In this document: positions 12,429-25,638 of the stretch, piece after piece | How the letters are laid out: every line of letters starts with the position of its first letter | Numbering within the stretch: the first letter of the stretch is position 1 | Origin: Octopus sinensis | Taxonomy: Eukaryota | Reading direction: 5' to 3' | Assembly: GCF_006345805.1 (NCBI RefSeq) | Contig: NW_021833108.1 | Location: 1-64,000, forward strand | DNA: 64,000 nucleotides | Program-made: the position numbers and the translations under genes | Notes under the pieces: model-generated | What the model was told of the DNA's origin: nothing | The model's database searches: none | Seen by the model: only the letters and a program-made list of their open reading frames with translations

Positions 12429-14639
12429 GATAATAATAATAATAATAATTATAATAATAATAAAATGATAATAATAATAATAATAATGATAATAATAATA
12501 ATAATAATGATAATAATAATAATAATAATAATAAAATACTGTGTGCAGAGAGATATAATCACTTATGGAATGATTTTATATGATCTCTTGATCAGTTGAA
12601 ACCTGCAGCTATCGTTTTTTAACACTGAAACAGGACTTTATATGAAACAGTTTCCGTAGCTAATCGTTCAACTAAGGGAATGGCCATTTATTCAAAGTAA
12701 CATATGGATAAAAGACGTATATGTTAAATTAACTTAATGCTATTGATTACATTTGTAAGAAAACCTCAACTTTTCTCTGTTACAGACATAAGAATTACCA
12801 TTCCCTACTAAATCCGTGATGTTGAATTCAGATCTGTGAATTAGATTTCCTTATCGTGTCCAGATTTTGTGTAACCAAGATACACGCTTTTTTCTTCATT
12901 TCTCGGATTTATAGCTTCAACAGACTAAGTTACTTGCCTGTGCCATGCTTTATGTTGGTTTGATTTAAATAATATTAAGAGGGTTGCTCTTCAGACACAC
13001 AGTAATATTTCGCTAGCGAACTGGCATTCTGGACACCTAATCATTGAAAGAGCTCTTGTTCTGTTTGAATCAAGCATTATATTTCGATTGAAGTTCCCAT
13101 ATCTGCTTTCCACAACAGAGATCTGCTAGTGGAAATGTGTACCATGCTCTTCAATTATAGCCCCAAGTTTGGTAAGGAAGAAGTGAAGAATATAAAAAAT
13201 GAAATTTAAGGAACATCCACCATCGTTTTCTTTCATAATATTTTATCATATTACCTGCCAGTTCACAATAGGTTTTAGCTCTATGTATCCATGAAAAATT
13301 TTAAACCCCAACATGGCTGCAGTCAGAAGATTGAAACAGCTAAAAGGTAAAAGGTATCAACGTTTGATGTATTTTTGTTGGTGAAGTCACCCATTTAATT
13401 TGTAACCTCACATTAAACACGGCAATTGCGAATGACATTATTTCTTTTACTTTTCAATCAAACTGCTAAGACAGCATTGCACTGTGCACAACAAATATGT
13501 GGTGTTCAGTTCCTCTTGTTTCCTACTTACAACGAAAACTGTACTTCTAGGCAAATTTTATTCCTAATACTTTCGATGTTTCTTTAATTGTTCTTGCGTG
13601 TGTATTGCCTATACACATTTTTTTGTTGAACGACATCAAATAGACAAGCAGATTTAATAAAATTAATTATAAAACTAGATGCAAATTGCAATCTCCTCCT
13701 CACTATGCCCTTAGATTATTTCTACAAGTGGATCTTAGAAGGAGATTTAAGCATGCATAGCGATAACGTTTTAGTTATTTCTAGTAAAATAAACGGGCAT
13801 AAATATAGCGAAAAAACTTATTTAGTATCTTTAAAGAAAGAGCGCTTATTATCACTGTAACTAATAATGGGACAGTCAACTTCTTCCATGATATGTTAAA
13901 TCTCAACACAACTAAACACTAACAGTAGGAAACAAAACTGAAAACTCATTCACACCATCAAAAGATACAACCTTCCTACCACCAAAATATTTCCATCTGA
14001 AAGAAGTTTTTTTTTTTTTTTGCAGCCCTAATTCGCCCGCAGACTGGGAACAAGAAACTTCGAGTTGTGACTTGCGTAGGATCAGCATTGAATTAATGTT
14101 TTCCACTCCACCTAAGAATATTCAGTACTTCGTTCTATAAATTGCAACTTAATAATGCCACAAGCTGACTGAAAGAGTGTCTCTAGACCGATTCTACGTG
14201 CAGAAAACCTAAATTACAATTGATGAGAGCCTGACTATAATTTACTTAAAGATTTTTACTCTCTGGATTTGAAGACTCTTCTCTCAATTTGTTACCACTA
14301 ACGTAACACACACACACACACACACACACATGCAATTTACCCACAACCATGAATGTTTTCTTTTTCTTTGTATCTAAGTAGGCGATCTGCAAGAAAAAAG
14401 ATGCACCACGCAGATACAGTTGTCCTCTTGATCTCAATCAAAGGCTCCTTTTCTTTCGGGGAATTCGTGATAATTGAAATTTTCTCTTCCTTTCATTTGG
14501 AATAAGTGTTAAATTCCACAAGGAACTCGTTTACTCTTCCCCCGAAGGGAAAATAATTCCATTTAGGCAGGAAGTACTCTTCAGTATGATTTTTGTTATA
14601 CCGTTGTCTTCATGTACATATTCTTTTATTCTTTTGCTG

Positions 14640-14815
14640 CAGCACCGCCTTTAGTCTAATAAATCAACCCCAGGACATAGTCTTTGTAAGCCTAGTACTT
14701 ATTCTATCGGTCTTTTTAGCCGAACTGCTAAGTGACGGAAACGTAAACACACCAACATCGGTTGTCAAGCGATGGTGGGGGGAGAAACATAGACACAAAC
14801 AACAAACACATACAT
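14640..14815 (-). mobile_element. SINE family A 3' part
   Basis: GCACCGCCTTTAGTC...CCGAACTGCTAAGTGACGG...GGTTGTCAAGCGATGGTGGGG, followed by a microsatellite. Confidence 0.8.
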
Positions 14816-14975
14816 ACGTATATATACATACATACACAGACACACACATATATATACACATACATACATATATACACACACATATATATATACATATACA
14901 CATATATATACATATACACATATATATATATATATACACATATATATCTATATACATACATATACACATATATAT

Positions 14976-15008
<33 letters not shown>

Positions 15009-15169
15009 TACATATATATATACATACTATATATAAATATACATATATATATTATATATATATTATATATATATTATATATATATATATATATTATATAT
15101 ATATATATATATATAATATATTATATATATATTATATATATACAAACATATGTTAAATAATTGTAAACT

Positions 15170-15994
15170 GCAACCCTCACCCTTTGGGAGAAGGAGCTTT
15201 GGTTTTTTTTGAAAATTGAATTGTGTCCCTGTTTGGGGAAATTGACAATATTCTCACCGTTTATACGGAAGCATTTTTGTTAGAAGGCCTTCGATAGAAG
15301 AAAGTCCAAAAATGAATTTCGCTGCAGCCGTCGGCGGGCGCGAACTCATTAAAATTAAAATGGAAGAAATACAAACCTATTTCGGATTGATCAACGACAA
15401 AGGCAGTGAATCTAGGATAACACCATCAAACGAAATAAAAAATTAAATTAAAGAAAAGACTATTGTCTATAAAGTATACAATGTAGAGAAAAAAAAAGAT
15501 TTGAAAACCTGGAGGAAAGCACCTTCGAAAAGTGTCTTGGTGCGACTATGAAAACTATCTAACCAGAGGCGGTAAATTCGCCACAATACAAGCAAGTTTC
15601 GAGTCAACGGAGACGCAAGGGAGTACTCGACTCGAACCTTGCAAAGTGGAAATATTTTATTTTTACCTTTATATCTGGGACGTCCTACGTCCCAGATAAA
15701 CATTTAAAATGTCCCCCCAGAAGTAGAGGTAGGCTGGATTGTAGTCACACTTCTATACAAGAGGGAGGACAAGATACAATTGGTCGAAATTGCAAGAGAC
15801 GGGATTACAATTCCAGTCTGTTATATATTTTGAGTATTGTTATCACTAGCGATATCAAGATATAACTTTGTATTTTGTATTTTATGTGTAGATGTAATAT
15901 ATATATAGATGTACATGTAATATGTACACCTATATATACACATATATACATGCACTAGCACTATGACCCGGCAACGACAGTGTCATAATTCTAG
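15170..15994 (+). mobile_element. Tx1-like ORF1 5' fragment fused to a Helitron 3' end
   Basis: ATG at 15312 (MNFAAAVGGRELIKIK...EIKN*IKEKTIVYKVYNVEK). 15434-15994 matches 37660-38225 and ends GACCCGGCAACGAC...CTAG|T at 15991-15995. Confidence 0.7.
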
Positions 15995-15998
15995 TATA

Positions 15999-16125
15999 TC
16001 GATATATATGAAACTGAGAATGTGTGTCTGTCTGTCTGTGTGAATCCCTAAAACTTGAGAAGTACACAACCAATTTCATTCAAATTTTACACATACCTTA
16101 CTTAGGGTCCATGGAGTGTCATGGG
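15999..16125 (+). mobile_element. Helitron 5' fragment directly after the previous 3' end
   Basis: TCGATATATATGAAACTGAGAATGTGTG..., homologous to 9536 and 37184 onward. Confidence 0.7.
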
Positions 16126-17053
16126 CGAGGCTCTGGGCGACGTTGGGTCGACTGTCCACAGCTACCAGCCCACAGTCGACGCTATGGCGCCCAGGGATTG
16201 GGTTGGGTTGGGTTGGGTTGGGTTAATTTCCACTATATATAGAGAGAGAACTATAGCACGAAGGCAGCATAAAAAAACAACCCTTCCTCAATTGTTGGCA
16301 GATTTGCGAGCAGTCCAACAAGATGCGTCTTCGTCAAAGCAATTGCTCCCGCAAAGCAAATTAAATAAAATTTGAGATACGTGGAACGTCAAAGCTGCTA
16401 ACAAAAACAGGACAGAGAAAACATTCGGTAAGGTTTGTTTAACCCTAGCGAGGTGAAGTGGTGAACGCTGGAGAAAAAAGACAGGCAAGAATGCGTCTTA
16501 TAGTTATAAGCTGAACGTGAAGAAAAAGAATTACATTTAGAAATAGAGATCTATAATTATTGAGGACAGAATTTGAGTTAGAAATAGAGAACTATAAATA
16601 TTGTATTATGTATAAAGTGGTGGCTTACATTCCGTGTTTCCAATTTCTCTGTAAAATATAAGATAGTCGCAAAATCATCGCACATGTCACCATCGATTAC
16701 AAACACCGGTGGAAGATAAAAGTTCCAGAGGACATTCTTGTTCCTTCGTTTGTACAAGGATCGTATTATGATTCGGCTTAATGTATAGAAATATATAAAA
16801 ACCAGAATAGAAAATAAACATCTTAGAAATATAAAATGAGATAACATGAGATATCAAGGTGTTATAAACTTGAAACCTACTAGAATATCATAGATTATAT
16901 ATTAAGTCATCCAATCAGTTCTGTCCAATTTTACCTTTTTTTTTAGATTTGAATGAAATTTAATAGTATTTTCAAATGTCTAATTCAATTAAAAATTATT
17001 TTTATGCATTTATGTACGTTTAAACTAATTCAATATTGTTTTACAAAATAATA

Positions 17054-17430
17054 GAGGGTGTCCACAAAGTCTGCGTACATGGGGATTAACACATACTTTC
17101 AAAACAAAACAATTTTATTTAATTATAATGTTAATAAATAATATTTTCAAAGTGATTTCCATCATTTTCAATGCATAACTTGATGTGCCTTGCAAAATTC
17201 AGGTGAACTTGATTAAATAAGTCTACATTGCCATCAATTTCAGCACACTGATTGGTAATGCGTTCTCTCATGTGTTTTAAATCTGTAATCTTTATTGTAA
17301 TCTTTCTCTTTCAACATACTCCAGAAAAAGAAATCAAGGGGAGAAAGGTCTCGTGAACGAGGGGGCCTTTCCATTTGAGCCCTTCTTCCAATCCAGTGAG
17401 GAAAAGTGTCATTAAGCCAATCTCTAAGAA
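17054..17430 (-). mobile_element. Tc1/mariner-superfamily transposase C-terminal fragment with one TIR
   Basis: Minus strand DWLNDTFPHWIGRR...RPPRSRDLSPLDFFFWSMLKEK...IKLCIENDGNHFENII*, a decayed WPPRSPDL motif. TA followed by GAGGGTGTCCACAAAG at the left end. Confidence 0.8.
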
Positions 17431-17444
17431 TATGGGGTATACTA

Positions 17445-17650
17445 AAGGCGGCGAGCTCGCAGAATCGTTAGCACGCCGGATGAAATGCTTAGCAGTATTT
17501 CACCCATCGCTCCGATCTGAGGTCGACTTTGCCATTCATCCTTTCGGGGTCGATGAATTAAGTACCAGTTGTGTACTGGAGTTGATCTAATTTACTGGCC
17601 CCCTCCCTCAAAATTTCAGGTTTTCTGCCTATACTAGAAAGGATTATTGG
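17445..17650 (+). mobile_element. SINE family C, single copy
   Basis: AAGGCGGCGAGCTCGCAGAATCGTTAGCACGCCGG...GGTCGACTTTGCCATTCATCCTTTCGGGGTCGAT. Confidence 0.8.
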
Positions 17651-17939
17651 ATGTACAAATTTTACAAATTAGACACATTTCTGAAAGCTGGTACCTAAAT
17701 ATTAGTGACTTGTAGGGACAGGGTACTTCGTTAAGCAACCATAATATGCTACAAACTATATTAATCGTTTTTTTTTTTTTTAATTTTTATCAGTCAATAC
17801 ATTTCTACTGTGTTAGCAGTGCTATAACATCGCTTGTTAAGATTATCTTTAAAGATAACCTTAACATTGATATTTCTATTGCTTAATCTCCCCCTAAATT
17901 ACTTTATGATTAAACCATAGTGTAATGGAACAAAACGTA

Positions 17940-18400
17940 GCAGCATCGAGGCTACCATCCTGGAATATCGTCTGCGATGGGCGGGTCACGTAGCATGAAT
18001 GAAAGAATGAACATTTTATATGGTAAACTTTCCACTAGAAGACTCCGTGGCCGTCCCCTCCGTCGATACAAGGATCAGCTGAAGCAATGCCTAAAACTGA
18101 CTGGGATCGATCCTAATGCTTGGGACATTGAAGTTCAGGACAGGCCCGGTTGTATTATTCCATCAACACTGTGGCAAATCAGAGGAAAGAAGAGAAACGA
18201 CAAGAAAGAAAATGGCGGCTGCATCAATCAAAGCCTCCACCACGGGTCCCTTGTGAATTTGCAAAATACGCTTCCATGCAGGAAATGGCCTTATTAGTCA
18301 TCAGAGGCATAAACACGGACAGAGGGGAAGAAGTGGTCAAGAAGAAACCAAATAAATTATCGGACACACGATAAAACTCCGCCGCCGACGACGACGACGA
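17940..18400 (+). pseudogene. RTE-clade LINE 3' fragment
   Basis: SIEATILEYRLRWAGHVA...ILYGKL...RGRPLRRYKDQLK...WD...DRP, then a decayed C2H2 finger (CEF/CK...LISHQRHKH); frameshifted. Confidence 0.8.
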
Positions 18401-18563
18401 AAAGGAACAATATGAGGGCGCTGTTTTGCTGGTTGAGATGTGATTGCTGAAGATGTCGATCGAGAGAAGTCTTGAATATTGAGGTTGTGAGCTTCATGCA
18501 TGTTTCTGAGTCGTTGATTCTTTAACGATATCAGAAAGAATGAGGACAACAGAGTTAAATATT

Positions 18564-18957
18564 GGTTTCAAATTTTGGCACAAGGCCGGCAATTACATGT
18601 TCAACTGGTATTTATTTTATCGAACCCGAAAGGATAAAAGATAAAGTCGACCTCTCGGTAGCATTTGCACTCCAAATGTATACACGGACGAAATACCGCT
18701 AAGCGTTTTGTCCGGCCTGCTAACGAATTTACCAGCTCGCCGCCTTAAAATTTTGACACAAGGCCAGAAATTTTGAGGGAGGACCTAAGTCGATTACATC
18801 GACGCCAGGGTTCAACTGGTACTTACTTTATCGACCCCCGAAAGGATGAAAGGCAATTTAGACCCAGGTGGCATTTGAACTCAGAACGTAGAGACGGACG
18901 AAATGCCGTTAAGCGTTTTTGTCCGGCGTGCTAACGATTATACCAGCTCACCACCTT
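18564..18957 (-). mobile_element. SINE family C head-to-tail dimer with 16-bp TSD
   Basis: Two complete units; AACAGAGTTAAATATT at 18548-18563 and 18958-18973. Confidence 0.85.
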
Positions 18958-19289
18958 AACAGAGTTAAATATTAAGAACGGTCATCGACATGGAATTCAA
19001 GCTTAATTCAACTCTACTTCCTCCTCCTCTTCTTTTTTTCCTCTTCGTTGTCCGTTCATTTGTCTCCTCTTCCTCCTCTTTTCGATTCTTCTCCTTCCAA
19101 CCTCAGGGCTTGTTCTCTAATTCCTTACCTCTTACCTCCTCTCCTTGTCTTGACTGTTCTTTTAATCATCCCCTCCTCCTCCTCCTCCTCCTCTCCCTTT
19201 TCCTTGTCTGTCCTTTAAACAAACAATTTCTGAGCGAATGTCAACTGTTTTGGTAACGACGTAGAATAATATTTATAATTATTTAATAT

Positions 19290-19707
19290 CAACGATGATG
19301 ATGATGATGATTATGATGATGATGGTGGTGGTGGTGGTGGTGATGGTGGTGGTGGTGGTGGTGGTGGTGGTCTTTGACGATCATAATCATCATCATCATC
19401 ATCATCGCCATCGTCATCACCATCATGACGACGAAGTGGATGGATGATGATGCTGATGATAATGATGACGATGATGATGGTGGAGGTGCTGGTGATGCAG
19501 GCGACGATGACAATCAGGATGATGCTGATGATGATGACAATAATGGAAGTGGTGGTGGTGGTGGTGGTGGTGGTGGTGGGTCGGACTCGTCGTCGTCGTC
19601 ATTGTATTTGCGATGACGATGGAGTCGTTGTTGCTGTTGCTACCGTTGTCGGCGGTGGCAGTGGTGCGTGTGTGTGTGTGTGTGTGTGCGTGCGTGTGTG
19701 TGTGTGC

Positions 19708-19746
<39 letters not shown>

Positions 19747-20110
19747 TGTGTGTGATGGGAAACGATGTTGAATAAATATATTTATAAAAGAAAGGCTATG
19801 TTTTGGAAGACTCCACACAGATTTCTGCAAGTTCAGCTAGTCTCTCGCCACTAATTATAATAATTACGTGTTTGATGTAGTTAAGTGTGTCTATGAGAAC
19901 GAGATGAGGGTACTGGGAAAAGTTCGGTTCAGGGAGATGGGGATGCTGCTGCTGATAATGATACTGATGATGCTGACGACGCTAATGGTGGTGGTGATGA
20001 TGATGATGGTGGTGGTGGTGGTGGTGGTGGTGGTGGGGCGCTGCTTGATGTGGTGGTGTTCGGGCAAGGGGGTGACGGTTTGTCGGAGGCTTTGGAGTTG
20101 GCATCCGGAA
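19290..20110. repeat. Trinucleotide mosaic (GAT/GGT/CAT) low-complexity tract
   Basis: Runs of GAT, GGT, CAT and GTC interrupted by (GT)n and a short unique spacer. Confidence 0.9.
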
Positions 20111-20158
20111 AATTACATAAAACTTCGTACGAAATACATATGTACATATACGCATATG

Positions 20159-20195
<37 letters not shown>

Positions 20196-20196
20196 T

Positions 20197-20239
<43 letters not shown>

Positions 20240-20435
20240 ATATATATAATTATAGAGACATATGCGTATATGTGCATATGCATATATATATTTATATATA
20301 TAAATACACTTATGTATGTATGGATGGATGTATATGTATATACATACGTGTGTGTATGTATGTATATATATACATACATATACATACCGCGTGTACGTAT
20401 ATGTAGATATATGTACACACACATGTGTATGTGTG

Positions 20436-20467
<32 letters not shown>

Positions 20468-20624
20468 ATATATATATACATATATACATATATATAGAGT
20501 ATATATATGTATATATATATATACATACATATATATATATATGTGAATGTACGTATGTGTGTATGTGTGTATGTATACATACATATATATATAAATATAT
20601 AATATCTGTGTATATATATGTATA

Positions 20625-20658
<34 letters not shown>

Positions 20659-20703
20659 GAGAGAGAGAGAGAAAGAGAAAGAGAGAGAGAAAATGATAGA
20701 TAA

Positions 20704-20778
<75 letters not shown>

Positions 20779-20931
20779 CAGATATACAAACGTACATGTA
20801 TATATAAATATATACAGATTCATACACACTTATAAGACCATCTGGTAGGTTATGGTGACCCTAGATCTAAATGAAAACAAATAACCTTCGTTCATGAAAG
20901 TGCGTGCGTGCGTGAGCAGTTACTTGCTTGC

Positions 20932-20964
<33 letters not shown>

Positions 20965-21759
20965 TGTGTGCAATCTTCTGTATGATAAAGGATTATATTT
21001 ATGAAATCGTATGTCACTGTAATAGGGCATACGATGCTGAAGGTCGCCAAGAAATTTTTTGTAAAAGCAGGAAATTGGTTAAATATTCAGAGAAAAGAAT
21101 GGAGAATAAGTAGGTACATGTCAACCGAGCTTGATTTTTCTCTTCTGAGAGAGTATTTCCTGGTTACGGTTTCAATTCTAGCCCAGAGCCGTTATAACAG
21201 AATTATCGGTCCCCAAGCAAACTAATGCACGGAGATCCACTCCCTATATACTCAATGACATAAATTCATTAGCCTTGAGTCCCTAGACTGTGAGACCCCC
21301 CCCCACCCACTCCAAGTAATGTCTTAGACAAAGGTGTGCTTAAATTTGTGAAGGAAGGGGGAAAGCGATTGTCCAATGAGGGCAATTTTCTTCCTTTCAG
21401 CATTGCTGAAGGTACGTTCGGTTAGTAATTTTATGACTTTTTAAGGGACTAGGTCTGAAGAAAAGCAAAAATCTGGGGTCGTCTGGATGGTGGAACAATT
21501 TGTAGGAGTGCTGAGCCAAGCAATTTTTAGATCCTCTTTCTCTCTCAATCATTATCCCTCTCTCTCTCTCTCCCCGTTAATCTCTCTCTCTCTCTCTCTC
21601 TCTCTTGCTCTCTTTCTCCCTGTCTCCGTTTCTTTTTATCCCTTTTTTTCTTTCTCTCTGTATGTATTTATATATGTATTTGTATATGTGTATGTGTGTG
21701 TATATGTTTAATATATATGCATGCAAATATATATGTGTGTGTGTAGATACATACATACA

Positions 21760-21790
<31 letters not shown>

Positions 21791-21797
21791 ATATATA

Positions 21798-21858
<61 letters not shown>

Positions 21859-21893
21859 TTGCTATATATATATATATATATATCCATTCCCTG

Positions 21894-21930
<37 letters not shown>

Positions 21931-22459
21931 AGTATGTATGTATGTGTCTGTCTGTCTGTCAATCTATTTCTCTGAAACACCAAAGTTTATTTGGCTAAAC
22001 CGTTTAAACAGCTTCGTTGATGATACCTTAAGCAGATTTCGTTATTGTTTTTAGCAGGGAATGGGTTCCCAATCCTAGTCTGAATCGAAGGTGCGTCTTT
22101 TTCCCCCCTTTGCGTTCCTCTCTATGCGTGGTTCTTGTAGACTGATTGTCGAGAAATTTCTGAGAAGAGCTCTGGCTTGTCGGAAAAATAAGAATGTTAT
22201 TGCATGATGTGTGACTTCTGTCGTTAATGAGCAGGTTTTATCCAAATGTTTTTGATTTAAGCACAAGGCAAGAATTTTGATGAGAGGAGGATTAGCTAAT
22301 AAAAGAGACCCCAGTACTTCACTGGGGCATCGATCCCGGAGGAATAAAAAAGCAAAGTATGCAACGTGGGGGGTGGGATTGAACTCAGAACTACCGTAAG
22401 TCATTTTCCCCGACGTCTTAACAATTCTGCACACTTACAACCTTTAATATTATTCTAAA

Positions 22460-23035
22460 TAGGAAGGCGGCGAGCTGGCAGAAACGTTAGCGCGCCGGGC
22501 GAAATGTATTTCGTCTGCTGTTACGTTCTGAGTTCAAATTCCGCCGAGGAAGACTATGCCTTTCATCCTTTCGGGGTCGATAAATTAAGTACCAGTCACA
22601 CACTGGGGTCGATGTAATCGACTTAATCCGTTTGTCTGTCCTTGTTTGTCCCCTTTGTGTTTAGCCCCTTGTGAGTAGTAAAGAAATAGGTATTTCGTCT
22701 GCCGTTACGTTCTGAGTTCAAATTCCACCGAGGTCGACTTTGCCTTTCATCCTTTCGGGGGCGATAAAATAAGTACCAGTTCTGTACTGGGGTTGATCTA
22801 ATTTCGGGTCTTGTGTAGAAAACAATATTCCCAATAGGAAGGCGACGAGCTGGCAGAAACGTTAGCACGCCGGGCAAAATGCTTACCGGTATTTCGTCTG
22901 TCCCTACGTTCTGAGTTCAAATCCCACCGAGGTTTTCTTTGCATTTCATCTCTTTCGGGGTCGATAAAACAAATACCAGTTGAATACTGGGCCCCCTCCC
23001 CAAATATTTCGGGCCTTGTGCCTAGAATAGAAAAG
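22460..23035 (+). mobile_element. SINE family C array
   Basis: Head, TATTTCGTCTG (22507-22517), body, Tx1-like tail (22624-22690), TATTTCGTCTG (22691-22701), second body, then another full copy from about 22835. Confidence 0.85.
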
Positions 23036-24100
23036 AATACCCTAAATTGGCATAAGGCTAGGAATTTTGAGAACATGGGACAAGTCGGTTAAAATTAATT
23101 CCAGTTCTTAAATGTTGCTTTATTTTATCGACCCTGGAGGGATGAAAGGTAAAGCTGACCTCAGCTGTATTTTAACTCAGAATGCAAAGAACACTCGTAA
23201 GTAGTTTTCTGGTGCTCAAACAATTCGACTAATAAACGCTGTATATACAGAATACAGTGGTGAAGGCGAGGCTTTGTGGCAAAAAGTTTCCTTCCAAACC
23301 ACATGGTTCCGGGTTCAGGCCCACTGTCTGGCACCTTGAGTAAGGTATTCTGCTATAACTCTGACCGCCAAAGACTTGTGAGAGGATTTTATATTTGCAA
23401 TGACGATCGTACTGAAGAGCTACTGACAATTACGTAAATAATTTTGCGTTAGTGTTAATAGCGAAATTAGTTTATGACTAATCTATATTTTGTTTCTTTT
23501 CATTTGTCTTGCTCGCTTACGTTCTGGCGTTTGCTAAGTTGCCTTGAGAACATTCCTTTCTTAGTGGTAAGACTATAGTGGATCTACTTCTAGCATAATG
23601 GATGTCCACGTAGTGATCATCCCTCTTAAATGTATGCTTGCAATATATATACACACACATTATATATATATAAACGAAAGAAAGGGCACTCAACACATTT
23701 ATTGGGAGCTACATGTATTGTTCAAATATATATATATATATATATATATTGCGTGGGGGAGGGTTTGTGTCTATATTTCTCTGTGTATGTGTTGTGTATG
23801 CGTGTGTATCTGTGTCTGTCCCCCTCCACCGTTTGACAACCGGTTTTGATGTGTTTACGTCCCATTGATCTAGCAGTTCGGCAAAAGAAAGACCGATACA
23901 ATGTGTGCCAGGCTTTACAAAAAGATAAGTACTGGAGTCGATTCGTCTAACACAAATTCTTCAAGGCTATGCCCAAGCATGGCCTAAGCTTGAAACGTCA
24001 AAGACTTCCATTCTTCCCGAGCGTCAAGCTAATACATCTGTTTGTCGTTCCCTCACTGGTCTTCGTCTTTTGTTTTCTGTAAATTTGAATTACACACACA

Positions 24101-24145
<45 letters not shown>

Positions 24146-24484
24146 ACATACATACATACAAGCAAATATATGAGGGGTACTGGTATCCAAATTTTCATTC
24201 ACACCACAAGACCCCTTTGAATGAACAACACATGGAATCTATGTCTCCACACTTTCCATTTGTGATGACAAAATACGAACTCCCATTGGAATTTATAACC
24301 CACGGACAAGAAGCATTTATACCCATTCTACACACCACTTTCATTGGATAATGGAACAATAACATCTTTATACATTTTTATTTCTACATTCATTCTCCTA
24401 TTTCCCTATATATTTCTTATCTGCTTCCTCTTCCAAAATAACTCCTCATACTGATGAAGTTTGTTCCTTCTCGAGCCATGCCTT

Positions 24485-24744
24485 GCTCATAAGGACCGGT
24501 TTCCCGGTTTCCTGGGCGTATAGGTTCCCCACTTGGACGGGACACCGGTCCGTCGCAGGTGAGATGCAAGATGCAGGAGGAAAGAGTGAGAGAAAGTTGG
24601 GGCGAAAGAGTTAGCAGAAGTTCGCCGGACCGCATGGAGCTTAGGTGTTTCGCTCATAAACACACATCGCCCGGTCTGAAATTCGAACCCGCGATCCCTC
24701 AACCGCGAGTCCGCTGCTCTAATCACTGGTACATGTGCCTCCAC
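24485..24744 (-). mobile_element. tRNA-derived SINE family D (head related to family B)
   Basis: Minus strand TGGAGGCACATGTACCAGTGATTAGAGCAGCGGACTCGCGG...GGTTCGAATTTC; homologous to 44630-44915. Confidence 0.8.
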
Positions 24745-24792
24745 GTCTCTGACGAAGGGTTATCCCTAATATCCTAAAAACAGCTGTAAGAC
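24745..24792 (+). ncRNA. Degenerate hammerhead ribozyme-like motif
   Basis: Stem I GTCT/AGAC, CTGACGA (24749-24755), stem II AGGGT/ATCCT, palindromic stem III ACAGCTGT and GUA site. The GAAA core reads AAAAA. Confidence 0.45.
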
Positions 24793-24875
24793 AAACTTTG
24801 TCTTTATAAATGTCCTGAAATCTCCACACAGCCTTAGCTCTATCTCATTTTATTTAACATATACATACAAATATA

Positions 24876-24906
<31 letters not shown>

Positions 24907-25264
24907 CGCAGCCATTTCCCTTCTTCTCTCCCTTTCTCTTGCTCCTCCTCCCCCCCCTTCCTGTCGCTCACCTGCGACGATACTTCCGCTCTGACTATCT
25001 TTCTGATCTGGCCTTTCAAGGTAATGGACGACATTCTTCCTCCTCCTCTCGTCGTTCACAAAAAATTCTGCGTTGGCAATACTTGTTTTCGTTCGGCGTC
25101 AACAGCCCTTCTTATCTTGTTTTTCCCTGTCCTGTCTTTTACTGTTTATATTTAGTACTGTCGTTACTGTCCTGTTTTTTACCATTTTTTTTACCATTTC
25201 TTACCCCTCTGCGAAAAGATCTCAGAATTTTAATTGATTTGCTTTTCGTAGGAAGGAAAGTTTC

Positions 25265-25530
25265 TTGTCGAAGATACGTCTCGCTTTTATCCTTCGAAAC
25301 GTAGAGTAGATGAAACCGTAGCGACTGAAGAAGGGTTTTTTTCTTTGTGTTAATTGTCCTGTACTCTATTTTTTTGTTGTTTTTAAAAAAATGTCCAGTT
25401 CCTTTGGTTTGTGCCTATGTTTTCGTTTCTCATTGTGTTCGACGTCCCTTTGGTGTCCTGTACTGATATATGCGTGTATATGTACATGTAGAGGTAGGTA
25501 CGTACATATATGTTTATATATATGCATATA
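25265..25530 (+). mobile_element. Partial copy of the MITE-like element at 44290-44603
   Basis: Shares GAGTAGATGAAAC...ACTGAAGAAGGG, TCTCATTGTG...TGTCCTGTAC and the right TIR-like tract. Confidence 0.55.
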
Positions 25531-25587
25531 TTTTATTTCATTTATTAATATATATGTTTATATATATATATATAATATATATATATA

Positions 25588-25638
<51 letters not shown>

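Noticed and set aside
13119-13171. 53-nt candidate exon (ACAACAG|...TTTG|GTAAGG; DLLVEMCTMLFNYSPKF)
   Set aside because: The acceptor is mediocre, I recognise no protein similarity, and there are no compatible neighbouring exons; it needs RNA-seq.
16198-16225. (GGGTT)n as an interstitial telomeric repeat
   Set aside because: There are only five units and it is not the TTAGGG repeat expected in molluscs; more likely part of a repeat element next to the small hairpin at 16133-16194.
25285-25335. GAAAC...CTGAAGAAG order suggesting a type II hammerhead
   Set aside because: Stems I and II cannot be formed convincingly, and the homolog at 44390-44435 does not conserve the pairing.
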